From Octopus bimaculoides (taxonomy: Eukaryota): a DNA stretch of 49,623 bases. A model generated the notes under the pieces. That model was not told where the DNA came from and ran no database searches. It was given only the letters and a program-made list of their open reading frames with translations. Position 1 is the first letter of the stretch, and each line of letters opens with the position of its first letter. The position numbers and the translations under genes are program-made. The DNA is taken from positions 22,532,776-22,582,398 of the forward strand of contig NC_069002.1 in NCBI RefSeq assembly GCF_001194135.2, written 5' to 3'. This document shows, one piece after another, positions 23,884 through 36,654 of this stretch.

Positions 23884-24503
23884 AGCTGAAGTGTGGCCTT
23901 AAATGGGTTAAGTAAACAACAACACTCATACGATGGGGTTGGCTGGCTGTTACTGGCAATCAACAAATGAACAACATTGGATGCAAAGTTACATAGTTAT
24001 TGATCCACTGATTACAGAATAGCAAGAGCAACAACAACATCACTGCTGTAACTGCGTTGTAGTAAGTTAGACAATTCAAATTGGCTAAGTCTGAGAGAGG
24101 AGAAAAAGAAAGTCCAGGGCTGAAACCTGCAAACAGTGCTGAACAGATTAGTGGCAAAAAGGGCATCATGCAACAATTGTACCAATAAAAAATAATCAGA
24201 CTCCTATCAACAAAATGGGTGGAAACAGGAAAGAAGACCCTCCCCCTGCAAAAAAAAAAAGCAACAAAACCAAGATTGTAGACTGAAATTGATTTCTTGC
24301 AATGGAACAATGCCACAAACTTGGAAAGAACAATTATAATCAGATGATTGAATTAACCAAGTGTATATGATTGGTACCTCTATTCTCACTTCCACATGAG
24401 ATCTGAACTTAGAATTTAAACAGGAAGAAGACATACCCTAAAGAGTTTGGTAGGGGTCATTAGTTAACCACATCTACATATCAAGCGTTTTCGCTAAATT
24501 TAA

Positions 24504-24721
24504 TCCTTTAACATTCAGATAACTCTGCCCCAGATGAAATGCTTATTTATTCACATTGTTTTCAATTAATCATGCTTTATCTTAGTGGTTTGAGATTTTG
24601 ATGATGTGATTCTTTATTTTTAGAATGATATTGTAGGGCAAGTGTGAGAGGCTGGATCTAGTCAATTTGAACATAAAGCAGAATATTTGGGCCTGATAAG
24701 GCTGGTTTGAATACTAAAAGG
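24504..24721 (+). mobile_element. piggyBac-derived MITE
   Basis: TTAA at 24500-24503 and 24722-24725; left end is the reverse complement of the piggyBac right end (9520-9583). Confidence 0.8.
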
Positions 24722-25277
24722 TTAACGGCTTTGATCACTGTCACAGGGCCACTGTTGGTTTACATTTTACTGTGGAGGGAAGGGTACAATTGAATTGATC
24801 CCTAGTGCTTAACGGATAGTTTATTCTATTGACCCTGATTGGGCAAGAGGTGAAGATGACCTCAGCCATTACTAAATATACTCTTACAATTCTGCCAAAA
24901 CCTCATCACTGACAGTAAAGCCTTCATGGGAGTGTATATACAATATATACAATAGCACTTGGGATAGTACAGTTCAGACCTGCTATATTATAAAAAGCAA
25001 AGAAACTGTAGGTAACCAGGACACCTACAGGTCTATTGTGAGTTCCAGCTAGTAGTAAGTGGTGGTGGTGGTAGTAGTAGTAGTAGTGGCGGTGGCAGTG
25101 GTAACAACAACAACATTGACTTACAAAGCTATGAAGCATTAACTTCAGAAATATCAAATATTTGGAAATGCCATTCCCTAGCAAAATATACCTTTCATTA
25201 AATAAGCAGCTGGACTCCATTTTTACTGCTGAATTATCATCATCAATCACAGTATTTTGTCCATTTCTATGTTCCAT

Positions 25278-25397
25278 GTTCAAATTCTGCCAAGGTAGAC
25301 TTTACCTTTCATCCTTTTAGGTCAATAAAATAAGTACCAGTTGAATACTGGGGTCGAAGAAATCAACTTAGCACCTCTCCCAAAATAGCTGGCCTTG
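25278..25397 (+). mobile_element. SINE family B, 5'-truncated
   Basis: Family B core and 3' end. Confidence 0.8.
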
Positions 25398-25737
25398 AGC
25401 CAAAATTTGAAACCAGTATAAAAAACAGAACACTAATTCTAGGGAGACATACAGCACATATATAACAGGAACAACAGTTAGCTTGACATTACATTTCTCA
25501 ATACTAACCAAGTACACAGAGTGATGGACAACTTATATGACATCAACATCAATTTTCTTTGTTTTTTGCAAGTACAAATGGTAGATACATAACCAGAGAT
25601 GAAGATAAGAATTTTATCTAAATTAATCTGGAACTAAACAACAGGAGTTCATTCTTATATTTTTAATGCATAGATAGCTGTGAAGAACACAGAAAATGGA
25701 TCGTATGTGTGTGTGTATACACATACATACATGTGAA

Positions 25738-26015
25738 AGTGTGTGGCCTAGTGGCTAGTGAGTTGCACTCCTGATCAGAAGGTCATAGGTTCAGTTCGCA
25801 GGTCAAGAGTTCAAACAAATAACTTCATTTCATGTTGTTTCAGTCTGCTCAGCTGCAAATGAGTAACCTTGCAATGGAACAGCCATCCAATCAGGAGAAG
25901 TGTTGGCCTTCTCGCCTAGCCAGCAGTGTGGCATTATTCGAAAGCTAAAATGATGCAAAGCACATTGTGACCAGTGAATTATAACGACATCCAATAGCCT
26001 GGTCGATTACGTGAT
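25738..26015 (+). mobile_element. tRNA-derived SINE family C
   Basis: Box A-like TGGCCTAGTGG, box B-like GGTTCAGTTC, domain CATGTTG.TTCAGTC..CTCAGCTG.AAATGAGT (similar domain at 45670-45710, minus). Confidence 0.65.
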
Positions 26016-26151
26016 CACACGATATATATACATACATGCACACATACACATGGGTGAACAATTGAAAGAAACTGGCATTCAACACACTTGGCAGAAGTTT
26101 CATCCATCATCCATCCAGCCATCAATATACATATATACACACACACACACA

Positions 26152-26368
26152 CGAGGTGGTGCTGAAAAGTTCCTGGCTTTAAGAGTGTAGCAAAAGGCCT
26201 GGTTGGAGGCCCAACCTTCTGAGTTCTTTTACAGACCTCAGAAAAACTAAAGGACCACTGCAATAAGTATGTGAATCTGAGAGAAGGATATATTTAATGA
26301 AATCATAATTAACTGATCCTCGTGTATTTTCTTTTATCCAAAGCCAGGAGCTTTTCAGCACCCCCTCA
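26152..26368 (+). mobile_element. Mariner-derived MITE
   Basis: About 29-bp TIRs CGAGG.GGTGCTGAAAAGTTCCTGGCTTT; TA on the right; retains the transposase C-terminal codons (..KCVNLRG.Y). Confidence 0.88.
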
Positions 26369-26422
26369 TATACATACATACATATATACACACACACATA
26401 GATAAATATATATATATATATT

Positions 26423-26530
26423 TATCTATGACATACTTAACGTTATGGGGTGGGGGCAATATTTTCCCAGTCAAATATTGCAGCTACTGACTTTTTTTCT
26501 GCAATCTACATCTGATATGTCATATAGATA
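26423..26530. mobile_element. Possible tiny MITE
   Basis: Imperfect terminal inverted repeats TATCTATGACATA / TATGTCATATAGATA within (TA)n. Confidence 0.35.
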
Positions 26531-26577
26531 AAAGATTTTAACTAAGAGCTACTTCTCTTGCTAAACATGTATGTGTG

Positions 26578-26634
<57 letters not shown>

Positions 26635-26788
26635 GTACATACATNNNNNNNNNNTTATATCATATTATATAACATACCATGAATATATATATATATATGA
26701 ACAACAGTGAACATTATAAGTTAAGTCAGGTGATCAGTTAGGGATTGGTGACTGAGTATACAACAATGTATGCTACCTACTTAACTGC

Positions 26789-26826
<38 letters not shown>

Positions 26827-27081
26827 CCCAACGTAGCAGTAGTCAGTGACTGACATCACCACATATACACACACACGCACGCGCCTGCAATAACAGACTT
26901 GTACATACATGAATTATTTGTGACACTGACTAAATGCTTTGTAGTTTCTATGACGAGTTCAAATCACAAGCAAATTAGTTTTTCCTTTGTCACCCACCTT
27001 GGTTAATAGAAGTACCAGAGATCCAGTAGAGTAAATAACAAACTTTCATTTATTATTATTATAATTATAATTATTATTATT

Positions 27082-27275
27082 AGTCAACTTTGCCTTTCAC
27101 CCTTTCGGAGTCAATAAATTAAGTACCAGTCAAATACTGGAGTTGATGTGATTAAGTTATCTCCCTCCCCACAAATTCCTGGCCTTGTGCCTATATTAGA
27201 AAGAATTATTATCGTAATTATTAAGATCAACTTTGTCTTTCATCCCTCTGGGTTCTATAAAATAAATTACCAGTT
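27082..27275 (+). mobile_element. SINE family B, 3' part plus a second core fragment
   Basis: Core present at 27082 and again at 27227. Confidence 0.78.
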
Positions 27276-27289
27276 TTATTTAACCCACA

Positions 27290-27570
27290 TATCTTAATCA
27301 ATTGACATTGCCTTTTCTATGCTGACATAGGGCAGACAGTTTGACAGGAGTTGATGTGCCAAAGGGCTTTGGCAAGCTCCAATATCTGCTTTGGCATGGT
27401 TTCCACAGCTTGATGTCCTTCCTAATGCCAACCACTTTACAGAGTGTACTGGGTGCTTTTTTTTTTTTTTTGTGGCACCAGCACAGCTGAAGTCACTGAG
27501 TACTCACAAGACAAAACACCTTCCCTCAACTGAGCAGAGTGTAGTATTGAGGGATATGAAAGTATTACAG
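27290..27570 (-). mobile_element. RTE-like tail retroposon fragment
   Basis: GATGTCCTTCCTAATGCCAACCACTTTACAGAGTGTACTGGGTGCTTT. Confidence 0.7.
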
Positions 27571-27999
27571 AGGGACACTCACACACACAACACAATCCAT
27601 TCATTCCTCTCAACAGATTTTCAGCAAGAGAAATCTGATCAAAAACTCTATGTTGTATACAGATTTTGGTAGAGTCGTGTCTCTTGTTTTACCAGTTTGT
27701 AACTGTTTGTAACTTACCCACTTCTATAATCAGTTCTTTTCCTGTCTCATTGACACACTTTACACCCACTCCACATTCCCATATAGGGTCAGGGCATTTC
27801 TAGCCCTCTCTCACACACACATATACAATTTCACATAAAAAGCACATGCACCCACTATATATGTCATCAAATGTATTACAGATTAATTAATTAACCAGCA
27901 ATAATCAATGTAATATTATGAAATGCATTTTTGATGCAACAAATTTTATACACACAATTATATACTATATAGAGAGATCCTGACTCTGGGTGACCTTGT

Positions 28000-28330
28000 C
28001 ATAACTCGATAAGCTTCCTCCATACTGATTGGTTTTTTTCACTTGAGTTTGCCATAAAAAATTCCTTTCCACTTCATATTCCTTTTTGCAAATTCTTTGT
28101 ATTTCAGTCTAGGTCTTCCATGGTTTTTTTTTCCCCTTGCAAAGTTGGGAGTATAGAAATTGAGTGGAGAGCCTGCTGCTGTCCATTCTGTGTACGTATC
28201 CCAACCAACATAAATTTCTGTCAATGAGGATTTTCATCACAGGAGGTAGACCAGCACACTGTAGGATCACTTCATTCCAGATCTTATCAAACAGAGTGAT
28301 ATTCATAATTTATTGCAGCTGTCTCATCAA
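28000..28330 (-). mobile_element. Old RTE (BovB-like) LINE 3' coding fragment
   Basis: Frameshifted WDKI.NEVILQ.AGLP...RNLCWLGYVHRMDSSRL..LYSQL..G...GRPRLKYK. Confidence 0.8.
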
Positions 28331-28384
28331 ATTTGCATCTAACTCATTTACTTGAGCTTTATAGACTGTCATGGTTTCAGCTCC

Positions 28385-28416
<32 letters not shown>

Positions 28417-28599
28417 GTTGAGTATGGTCAAATTGTTATTAAAACTATATGCCACTCCTAGTAAATGCGTTGAATGCTACTTTCTTCTGTTTGTTCACTT
28501 ACTGTGTGTGTGTGTGTCCTTGCCTAACTCTCACTCCCCAATCCTATCCAGTTGGGTAACTTTGTACTTCCTCGTCAGCAAGACACCTATATCTGTCTC

Positions 28600-28869
28600 A
28601 CTATAACCTTTTCATCTTCACCTCTTTCAATGCCTCCTCCCCTCTTAAAAGTTTTTGTCTTGCAAGGTACTTGGTGATTATGCCAGTGCAGGTGCCACTT
28701 AAAAGCACCCAGTCCATACTGTAAATTGATTGGTGTAAAGAAGGGCATCCGGCTGTAAAAATCCTGCCAAAACAGTCACAGAAGTCTGGTGCAGGCTTCA
28801 GCCTGGCTAACTCTTGTGGTACCGTCCCACCCATGGTAGCATGGAACACGGACGTTAAATGATGATGAT
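28600..28869 (+). mobile_element. RTE-like tail retroposon fragment
   Basis: AAGAAGGGCATCCGGCTGTAAAA...GGACGTTAAATGATGATGAT. Confidence 0.78.
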
Positions 28870-29117
28870 ATATATATATATCGTTGTTGCTTTTCAGAAA
28901 ACGAAAAAATAGTTTCACCATTCCATAAAAAAAACCCATTCTACTACACGTTGACAATTTTTGATACCTTGGCATCTGAAGCAGTTAGAGTTAGGACAGT
29001 TTGACCAAAAGAACCAGCTATTGCAAGTAAAAATAACTATAGAAAAAAAAAACGTATTTGGCCAAATTTGGACATGCAACGGTTTAACATAATAGCATCA
29101 TTTATATATTTTTTTTT

Positions 29118-29548
29118 TTTTTCTTTTCAAAGTTTCAGCTCAGAGCTGCGGCCATGCTGATGCACCACCATTGTGTATATATATATACACAATGTATATA
29201 TACAATGTATGTTTTTACTTCTTTCAGTCATTAGACTGTGGCCATGCTGGGGCAACACCTTGGAGGAATCCCAGTACTTATTTTCTTTTGAGCCTAATTC
29301 TATCAGTCTGCCCTTGCCAAACCACTAAGTTACAAGGATACAAATACACCAAAACTGTTGTCAAGCAGTGAGCGAGGATAAATACAAAAATGCACACACA
29401 TACACACAAACACACACACAAGAGACTTCTTTCAGTCTCCATCTACCAAATCAAAGGCTATGGTAGAAGACACCCAAGATGCCACACAGTGAAACTGAAC
29501 CTGGAACCATGTGGTTGGGAAGCAAACATCTTACCACACAGCCATGGC
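29118..29548 (-). mobile_element. SINE family A with an extra 3' tail fragment
   Basis: Two GCGGCCATGCTG blocks (about 29150 and 29240) followed by body and head. Confidence 0.8.
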
Positions 29549-29583
29549 AGTGCAACTTAAATGAACTTTGACAAATAACCAGC

Positions 29584-29615
<32 letters not shown>

Positions 29616-29683
29616 NNNNNNNNNNNNNNNNNNNNNNNNNNNNNNNNNNNNNNNNNNNNNNNNNNNNNNNNNNNNNNNNNNNN

Positions 29684-30528
29684 TACTACATATGTGGGAA
29701 ATTCTGTCTGTGGGTGTGTTTGTGGAGTTGTTAGCTAACTCTCCAACATCATTTTATCGATTTTGATGAAACTTGACATATAAGTAGAACTCATGTCTGG
29801 AAACCTCACAGCATACTCAGATTTTTGGGAAAAAATCGATAACATGGCCCCTGCAAGGGGTCCTTTTATATATCTAATATATTTCATTTTAACAGCCAAG
29901 GCAAATAACCCATTCATTTTCCTAAATTATTTGGTATAAATCAAATTGAGTATGCTGACTTAGTATTTGAATTGTTAGAGTTATTTTTGCAATTTATCGA
30001 ATACAACCCTTAAACAAGTAAATAGTATTTTCCTAAACAATAGATCCACTTATTTCAGTTAGTGACTTATTTACGAATATACCAACACTAGCGCCCCTGA
30101 GGGTAATATTCTCTGGAACACACAAAAGCCCTTTTCAGAGTTATTTACTTTGAATTGTTATTATCTCATGTCTGATTAGCCTCTTATTACGTAACATGCT
30201 TCAAGATTTTAGCATACATACCTTAGTATTTCCTCCTAAGTTCTATATACTCTGGGAACACATTAAAGCCCTTTCCGGGGCTACTTTATTTGAATTCTTA
30301 CTATCGGGTAACTAATTTCATGTTATTACATAACTGACTTAACAATTTGAGTATTCATAACTTATTGGGAATTCTTAAAACCAAGATCCTGAGTAAGACA
30401 GTTTGGTATTCTCTGTAAATGCACAAAAACCATTATTGTTGTTATTGGATTAGCGAAACAATTATAAGAACAGAACCAAGGGATAAAAGCCCCCCGCTTT
30501 CCCGAGAATTACCGGGTACGTCAGCTAG
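29684..30528 (+). mobile_element. Non-autonomous Helitron
   Basis: 3' hairpin CCCG-AGAATTAC-CGGG (30501-30516) followed by CTAG|T (30525-30529); 5' CTGTCTGTG..TTTGTG and ATTTTGATGAAACTTG blocks typical of HINE/DINE-like elements. The 5' end lies in the (TA)n/N gap. Confidence 0.75.
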
Positions 30529-30670
<142 letters not shown>

Positions 30671-30767
30671 CAATCCATACATGAACAAGCAAGAAAAAAC
30701 AACAACACGAGGACATGGAATAAGTACAATGTTATTGGATGCTCAGGAAAGGAAAGAAAAAAAAAGA

Positions 30768-30806
30768 GGATTTCACGTTTTGAGTGGAGCTCTTCATCAG
30801 AAATAT
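30768..30806 (-). ncRNA. Decayed minimal type I hammerhead ribozyme (Penelope-like terminal repeat)
   Basis: Minus strand ATTT-CTGATGA-A-GAGC-TCC-ACTC-AAAA-CGT-G-AAAT: stem I ATTT/AAAT, stem II GAGC/(G>A)CTC, palindromic ACGT stem III. Confidence 0.5.
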
Positions 30807-30944
30807 AAAAAAAGTCCAAAGAAGGGAAGATGGAGAAAGAAAATCGCCAACGATACACACACAGTCACATATTGAAATGACCGGAAGAGAAAGGGTGAAG
30901 AAAAAGTTCTTTTCAAAGACAGGAGAGTGCAAGAGAAGGAGGAA

Positions 30945-31623
30945 TGTGTGTGTGTGTATGTGTATGCGCGCAAGTCTGTGTGTGTGTGTAATGATAGCAC
31001 ATGTATGTGTGTGTGTGTACATGTGGGTATGTGTGTACGTGTGGGTATGTGTGTACGTGTGGGTATGTGTGTACGCGTGAGGTTGTCTGTGGAGTAACTG
31101 TACTTTACTCTTTGTGTGTGTGTGTGTGCTTGTATGTGCATGTGTCTGTGTACATGTATAATTGTGTGTGTGTGTGTGTATGTATGAGTGTATGCTGTGT
31201 ATGGGGGTATGTGTGGGTTCATTTGTGTGTGCGTGTGTATATATATGTGTATGCATGTGAGTGTATGTGCATGTGTACATGTGAGTATGTGCGTGTGTAT
31301 TTTGTGTGTGCATGTGTATGTGTGTTTGTGCATGTGTGTGTGAACGAGGGATTGTGTAGGGGTTATAGGTGCGTTTTTTTGCACGTGTATGCATGTGCAT
31401 CCATGTAGTTGTGTGCATGTATGTGTGTATGTATGTGTGTGCATGTGTATACATGTATGCGTGGGGTTGTGAGTGTTAGGTATGTGTGCATTCATGTGCG
31501 GGTGTTCATGCGTGTGTGTGTATATGTGTCTATGTGTATGTGTGTGTGTACGTGTATGTATATATTGTGTGTATGTATATGTATGCGTGTGTGTGGGTTG
31601 TGTGTGGGGATTGTGTAGGTGTA
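30945..31623. repeat. Degenerate GT/GTAT low-complexity block with three 18-bp units
   Basis: GTGGGTATGTGTGTACGT x3 at about 31022-31076. Confidence 0.92.
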
Positions 31624-31625
31624 TA

Positions 31626-32196
31626 CAAGGTGTGGTCAAAAAGTATCCGTCCTTGATTGTTTTGGGCACAAAATAATAATGCGTGACCAAAATCCGCATG
31701 GGTATTAGTTCCTTCCTGAGCATGCACAAAAGTTTTCATGCCTGTAGGTTGCACCATTCACCTGCAGTGATGTGTTGAGTACAGACATGAAAAGAGTGCT
31801 GTGTGATTTTTCTTTTTGAGTCAAGATGACTGAGTGCATTCAGCAAAGATACTGTATCAAATTCTACCAAAAACTTTGGAGATGATGCTATGGGAAAAAC
31901 ACAAATAAAGGAGTGGTACAACCAGTTCAAAGATGGCTGCACCTCAGTGGACAGTGAGCCATGTTGTGGCAGGCCACTGACTAGCAGAAACAATGAAATG
32001 ATTGCAAAGGTTTGAGGAATAGCTCTACAGCATCACAAAAAAGGATATCCAGAAATGTTTCCAGCAGTGGCAAGAATGCTAGCAGAAGTGTATAGACTCT
32101 CAAGGTAAACATTGAAAAAGACTAAATCAAAATGGTGAGTTTATTAATATTACTTGTATTTTGGCCAAAGGTCGGATACTTTTTGACTACACCTCA
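31626..32196 (+). mobile_element. Internally deleted mariner element
   Basis: TA-flanked TIRs CAAGGTGTGGTCAAAAAGTATCCG; N-terminal HTH (QRYCIKF..EWYNQFKDG..SGRP-like) joined directly to the C-terminus (CFQQWQ..KCIDSQG). Confidence 0.9.
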
Positions 32197-32212
32197 TATG
32201 TATGTATTATAG

Positions 32213-32602
32213 GCATAGGAGTGGCTGTCTGGTAAGTAGCTTGCTTACCAACCACATGGTTCCGGGTTCAGTTCCACTGCATGGCACCTTGGGCAAGTGT
32301 CTTCTACTATAGCCTCGGGCCAACCAAGGCCTTGTGAGTGGATTTGGTAGACGGAAACTAAAAGAAGCCCGTTGTATATATGTGTGTATATGTTTGTGTG
32401 TCTGTGTTTGTCCCCCCAACACTGCTCGACAATCAATGCTGGTGTGTTTACGTCCCCGTAACTTAGCAGTTCGGCAAAAGAGGCCGATAGAGTAAGTACA
32501 AGGCTTACAAAGAATAAGTCCTGGGGTCGATATGCTTGACTAAAGGCGGTGCTCCAGCATGGCCACAGTCAAATGACTGAAACAAGTAAAAGAGTAAAGA
32601 GT
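32213..32602 (+). mobile_element. SINE family A, young full-length copy
   Basis: Intact head GGCATAGGAGTGGCTG..GGTTCCGGGTTCAGTTCC, retained CpGs, tail GAAACAAGTAAAAGAGTAAAGAG. Confidence 0.93.
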
Positions 32603-32620
32603 ATACATGCATATATATAT

Positions 32621-33350
32621 ATCATCATCATCATTTAACCTCTGCTTTTCATGCTGGCATGGGTTGGATGGTTTGACTGAGGACCGACAAGCTAGGAGAC
32701 TGCACCAGGCTCCAATCTGATCTGGCAATTTTTCTACAGTTGGATGCCTTTCCTAACACCAACTACTCTGAGATTATAGCGGGTGCTTTTTCGCATGCCA
32801 CCGGCACGGGGCCCAGTCATGCAACACTGGAATCAGCCATGCTCAAATGATGCTTTTTATATTCCACTGGCACCGGAGCCAGTCAGGTGGCACTGGCATT
32901 GGCCATGACTATGATATCGCTTGACTCAACAAGCCTTCTCAAGCACAGTGATTGCCTGACGACTGAAGGGTACTTTTAAACAGGCCAGTTATGTGCCACT
33001 AGCATCAGCCACAGCTATGATCTCATTTGGCTTGCCAGCTCTTCTCAAGCACAGCATTTCTCCAAAGGTCTTGATGGCTTCTCATTGCCTCTGTGAGGAC
33101 CAACGTTCAAGGTGGTGCTTCACCACCTCATCCCATGTCTTCCTGGATATACCTCTTTCACAGGTTCCTTCCACTGTTAGGGTGTGACACTTCTTCACAC
33201 AGCTGTTCTCATACACAACACATAGCCAAACCAGCACAGTCATCTCTCTTGCACACCATATCTGATGCTTCTTATGTCCAACTTTTCTCTCAGGGCACTT
33301 ACACTCTGTCATGTATGCACACTGACATTACAAATCCAGCGGAGCATACT
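32621..33350 (-). mobile_element. RTE LINE, short 5'-truncated copy
   Basis: SCVKKCHTLTVEGTCERG..RKTWDEVVKH matches the copy at 1920-2045; same tail. Confidence 0.9.
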
Positions 33351-33352
33351 GG

Positions 33353-33389
<37 letters not shown>

Positions 33390-34366
33390 AAATAAAATGA
33401 GATTGTTTGTGAGACATTTAGTTACATCATTTTACATATATTTCATTAACAAAGTTTTAATTAATTACATAACGTAAATTACATAATCAAGATTTGTTGT
33501 TGAATCAAAGACATCTAACTTTTATAAGTCATATTACTGGATTGAAAAAATGTTGAAATATGCCATTGATTTTGTCATCTTTTAAATCCTGTAATGTTAC
33601 TTATGAAAGTTACACATCTCTGATGATTTGACTATATCTTGATTATATAACTAATAATCAGCTACTGTTAATGAAACACACATAAGATGGTATAACTGAA
33701 CATCCTACAAACAATCTCCTTTATATGTGTGTGTGCGTGTGTGTGTGCGTGCGTGCGTGCGTGCGTGTGTGTGTGTGTAAAAGAAAATACTGAACTATTT
33801 TTCTCATTTGTTGAGAGAACAATGATTCCATACCACTTCATTCTCCACAGCTAATAAATAATTGTAGATTTATCTACATTATGCTCCAGATATTCTGAAT
33901 CATGCTGTGTTCTACATAAATATCAATTGGCTAACAATTAATTGATTGTATTCTACATAAATATTAAGTGACTTACAATTTGCCAGGCTGACATAAAATA
34001 TGCAAATTAGAGTGGCTGTTACTATTCTATCTTGATAAGCTACATATAGTGATTTAGATACAAAGTTCTCTCAGTAGCCAAAGAATAGTCGTACATCTCT
34101 GATGGTGAGGAACAATTATCTACATTTTACATGTTATAGGTGTGTGTGTATGTGTACATATGTATACAAGCATGTGTATATATATAAATGTATTTATGCA
34201 TATTCATCCATTTAACATAGGTGTGTACAATGTGAAACATGCATATTATTTACAACACACTGAAATTATTATTACATGATGAAGGCTGTGAAACAAATGT
34301 AATCTTAAAGATAACAAGTGGTTAAATAAATGTATTCACCTCCCATACTTCCCGACTTGTTAATTA

Positions 34367-34422
<56 letters not shown>

Positions 34423-34514
34423 TAAATGATGATGATGATGATATATGTACATAAATATGTATACATATTTATGTATGCATACATATATATACATATACAA
34501 CATGTGTGAGTGTG

Positions 34515-34665
34515 TGGCAGCTTTTTTTACAGTTTCCATCTACCAAATCCACTCACAAGTCTTTGGTTAGCCTGGTGCTAAAATAGAAGACACTCAGGTT
34601 GCCTTACATTGAGAGTGAACCAAAACCATGCAGTTGAGAAGTGAAATTCTTAACCACAGACATGC
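34515..34665 (-). mobile_element. SINE family A, 5' fragment
   Basis: CAGTTTCCATCTACCAAATCCACTCACAAG... Confidence 0.78.
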
Positions 34666-34719
34666 CTTTGTACACACACACACAAATACAAAGACAGACA
34701 GATATGTATATATGTACAC

Positions 34720-34798
<79 letters not shown>

Positions 34799-35048
34799 AT
34801 TATTACAAATAAAAGGGTAAAGGATTATTAATTTATTAATAAATTAATAATTAATAATTTTTACCAAGCCCTTCGGTATGTAAACACCATTATCAGTGAA
34901 GAACTTATTTAAAAGACTGGTTAGTTTCGTTATTTTTTCTTCTTGTTTTGCCTTTGTGAGTTACAAGTATTGCTATCTGTTGGAGTTTCAGCACTTTAGC
35001 TGCTATTTCTGAACTTCGGTATGTGATGAAGCAACTGTTGCTGATCCC

Positions 35049-35093
<45 letters not shown>

Positions 35094-36654
35094 TGTATAT
35101 ACATATGTACGCATAGTTAGAAGGAAATGATGAAGACAATGAGCACATACACACACATTTTTACATTTACATATACACAGTCACACATATATGTTCACAT
35201 ATGGCACCACAATCTAGACTTACAGCTATGAGTTTGTGTGTGTATATAATGTTATCTATTGTGTTCTTTCTAAATATATATGTGAAATGATTATCCAATG
35301 TGTAGTTAGATAAGTAAGGCTGAATAGACAAAAGATAATGAACAGCGAGAGTCAGCAGTATCCAGAAGATTGATTAGAAAGAAATGAATGTGGATGTGTG
35401 GATGTGCTTGTTCCTCTTCTCCCACACATTAAACAGACATCCCACACTATTCTCAATTGTACAGCCATTACACAAGAGAGAGAAATAATAAAACATATTT
35501 TTCACCAATAGTAGTAGTAATCATAACACTAAGAACAAGGATATCTTTTGATATCACACACAGAAGAGATTTGATGTTGTTTAACCAAGTCATCCCTGAT
35601 CAAGCAGAACTATGATTAAAAGACATTCCAGCTGTGGACATACCATCTTGCATTCAGACATTGATATCTCAATCACACAGCATATAATCTCTCTCTCTCT
35701 CCCCACACCACTTCTTTTATTTATTTATTTTTTGTTAATGCTAGTGAGGTACAATTTGACTGTTGTTTTCAATAGACCAAAAAATCATGCTGAGGTTCCC
35801 TGTTTCTGCTTTAATGCTATATTTTGTTTTTTTCGTTAACTTTACTGCTGCTACCGCTGCAGTAGTTGTTGATGAAAAAAAAAGGAGGGAAGTCAGAAAT
35901 ATGTATCTACAGTGGATTGTTAATTCTAGCAACTATAATAAACACGTAAGTAATTGAACTGAGAACACAGAGGCACTCTCACCACCCACTCTTGTTCCCT
36001 ATCCAGACACGCTATTAGAGACTCTTATAGAGAAAAGGGCAGCTTTCTTTAGAAAAGGAGTGGATTCTGATTGTTATTTATTTATTTCTTTGGATGAAGT
36101 ACAAGGTCTGCTTATTTTAGGGAAATCTGTGTTAAATACAAAGTTGCAAGATTAATATTATGAACTATAACAGGTTGTATTAGTTGCCCTCAAAATGGAA
36201 ACATTGCTAATAAATCAAAACACTGTATGAATTACTTGCAGATTGATTCTGATTTACTTAATCGATAATCTGATATTTAATGGGAATCTTATCTTTAAAA
36301 ATATCAATTTTTAAGAAACAGGAAGCTCAACTTATGAAAAGGAAAAGTAGAGTGGAGTCCTGATGGTCACCATGGTCTGCTAACTGCAGCCCAATCTGGC
36401 AATACTAACATGTTTTTGCAGATTTGGGTTAACAAGATTTTAATTTTGACAGCTCAATAACATCAAAAGGAATATGTGAATGTGATGATGTGACATGCAT
36501 GCTTTTCTAAAAGGTATCATTGACTTAAGTCAGTGAAATCGTTCTAGATATGAAACGGAATCAAAGTTGTCAACTCTGGTCACCAAGAACTTACATCCTC
36601 GCACCTTCTCCACAATATGTTGATGGTATAAACCAGCAATTCTCATACAGCACA

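Noticed and set aside
24030-24250. Strong minus-strand polypyrimidine/AG acceptor at about 24247
   Set aside because: No SCAMP-like or otherwise recognisable peptide follows in any frame.
31022-31076. CRISPR-like regularly repeated units
   Set aside because: The repeats are adjacent with no unique spacers, the context is eukaryotic, and there are no cas genes.
30732-31729. Long His/Thr-rich ORFs (240 and 310 aa) and Cys/Val-rich ORFs
   Set aside because: They are translations of (CA)n/(GT)n low-complexity DNA and are open in several frames. They do not resemble Gly-His-rich cephalopod beak proteins.
32213-32290. tRNA genes
   Set aside because: The box A/B-like heads belong to SINEs, run directly into SINE bodies, and show no complete cloverleaf.
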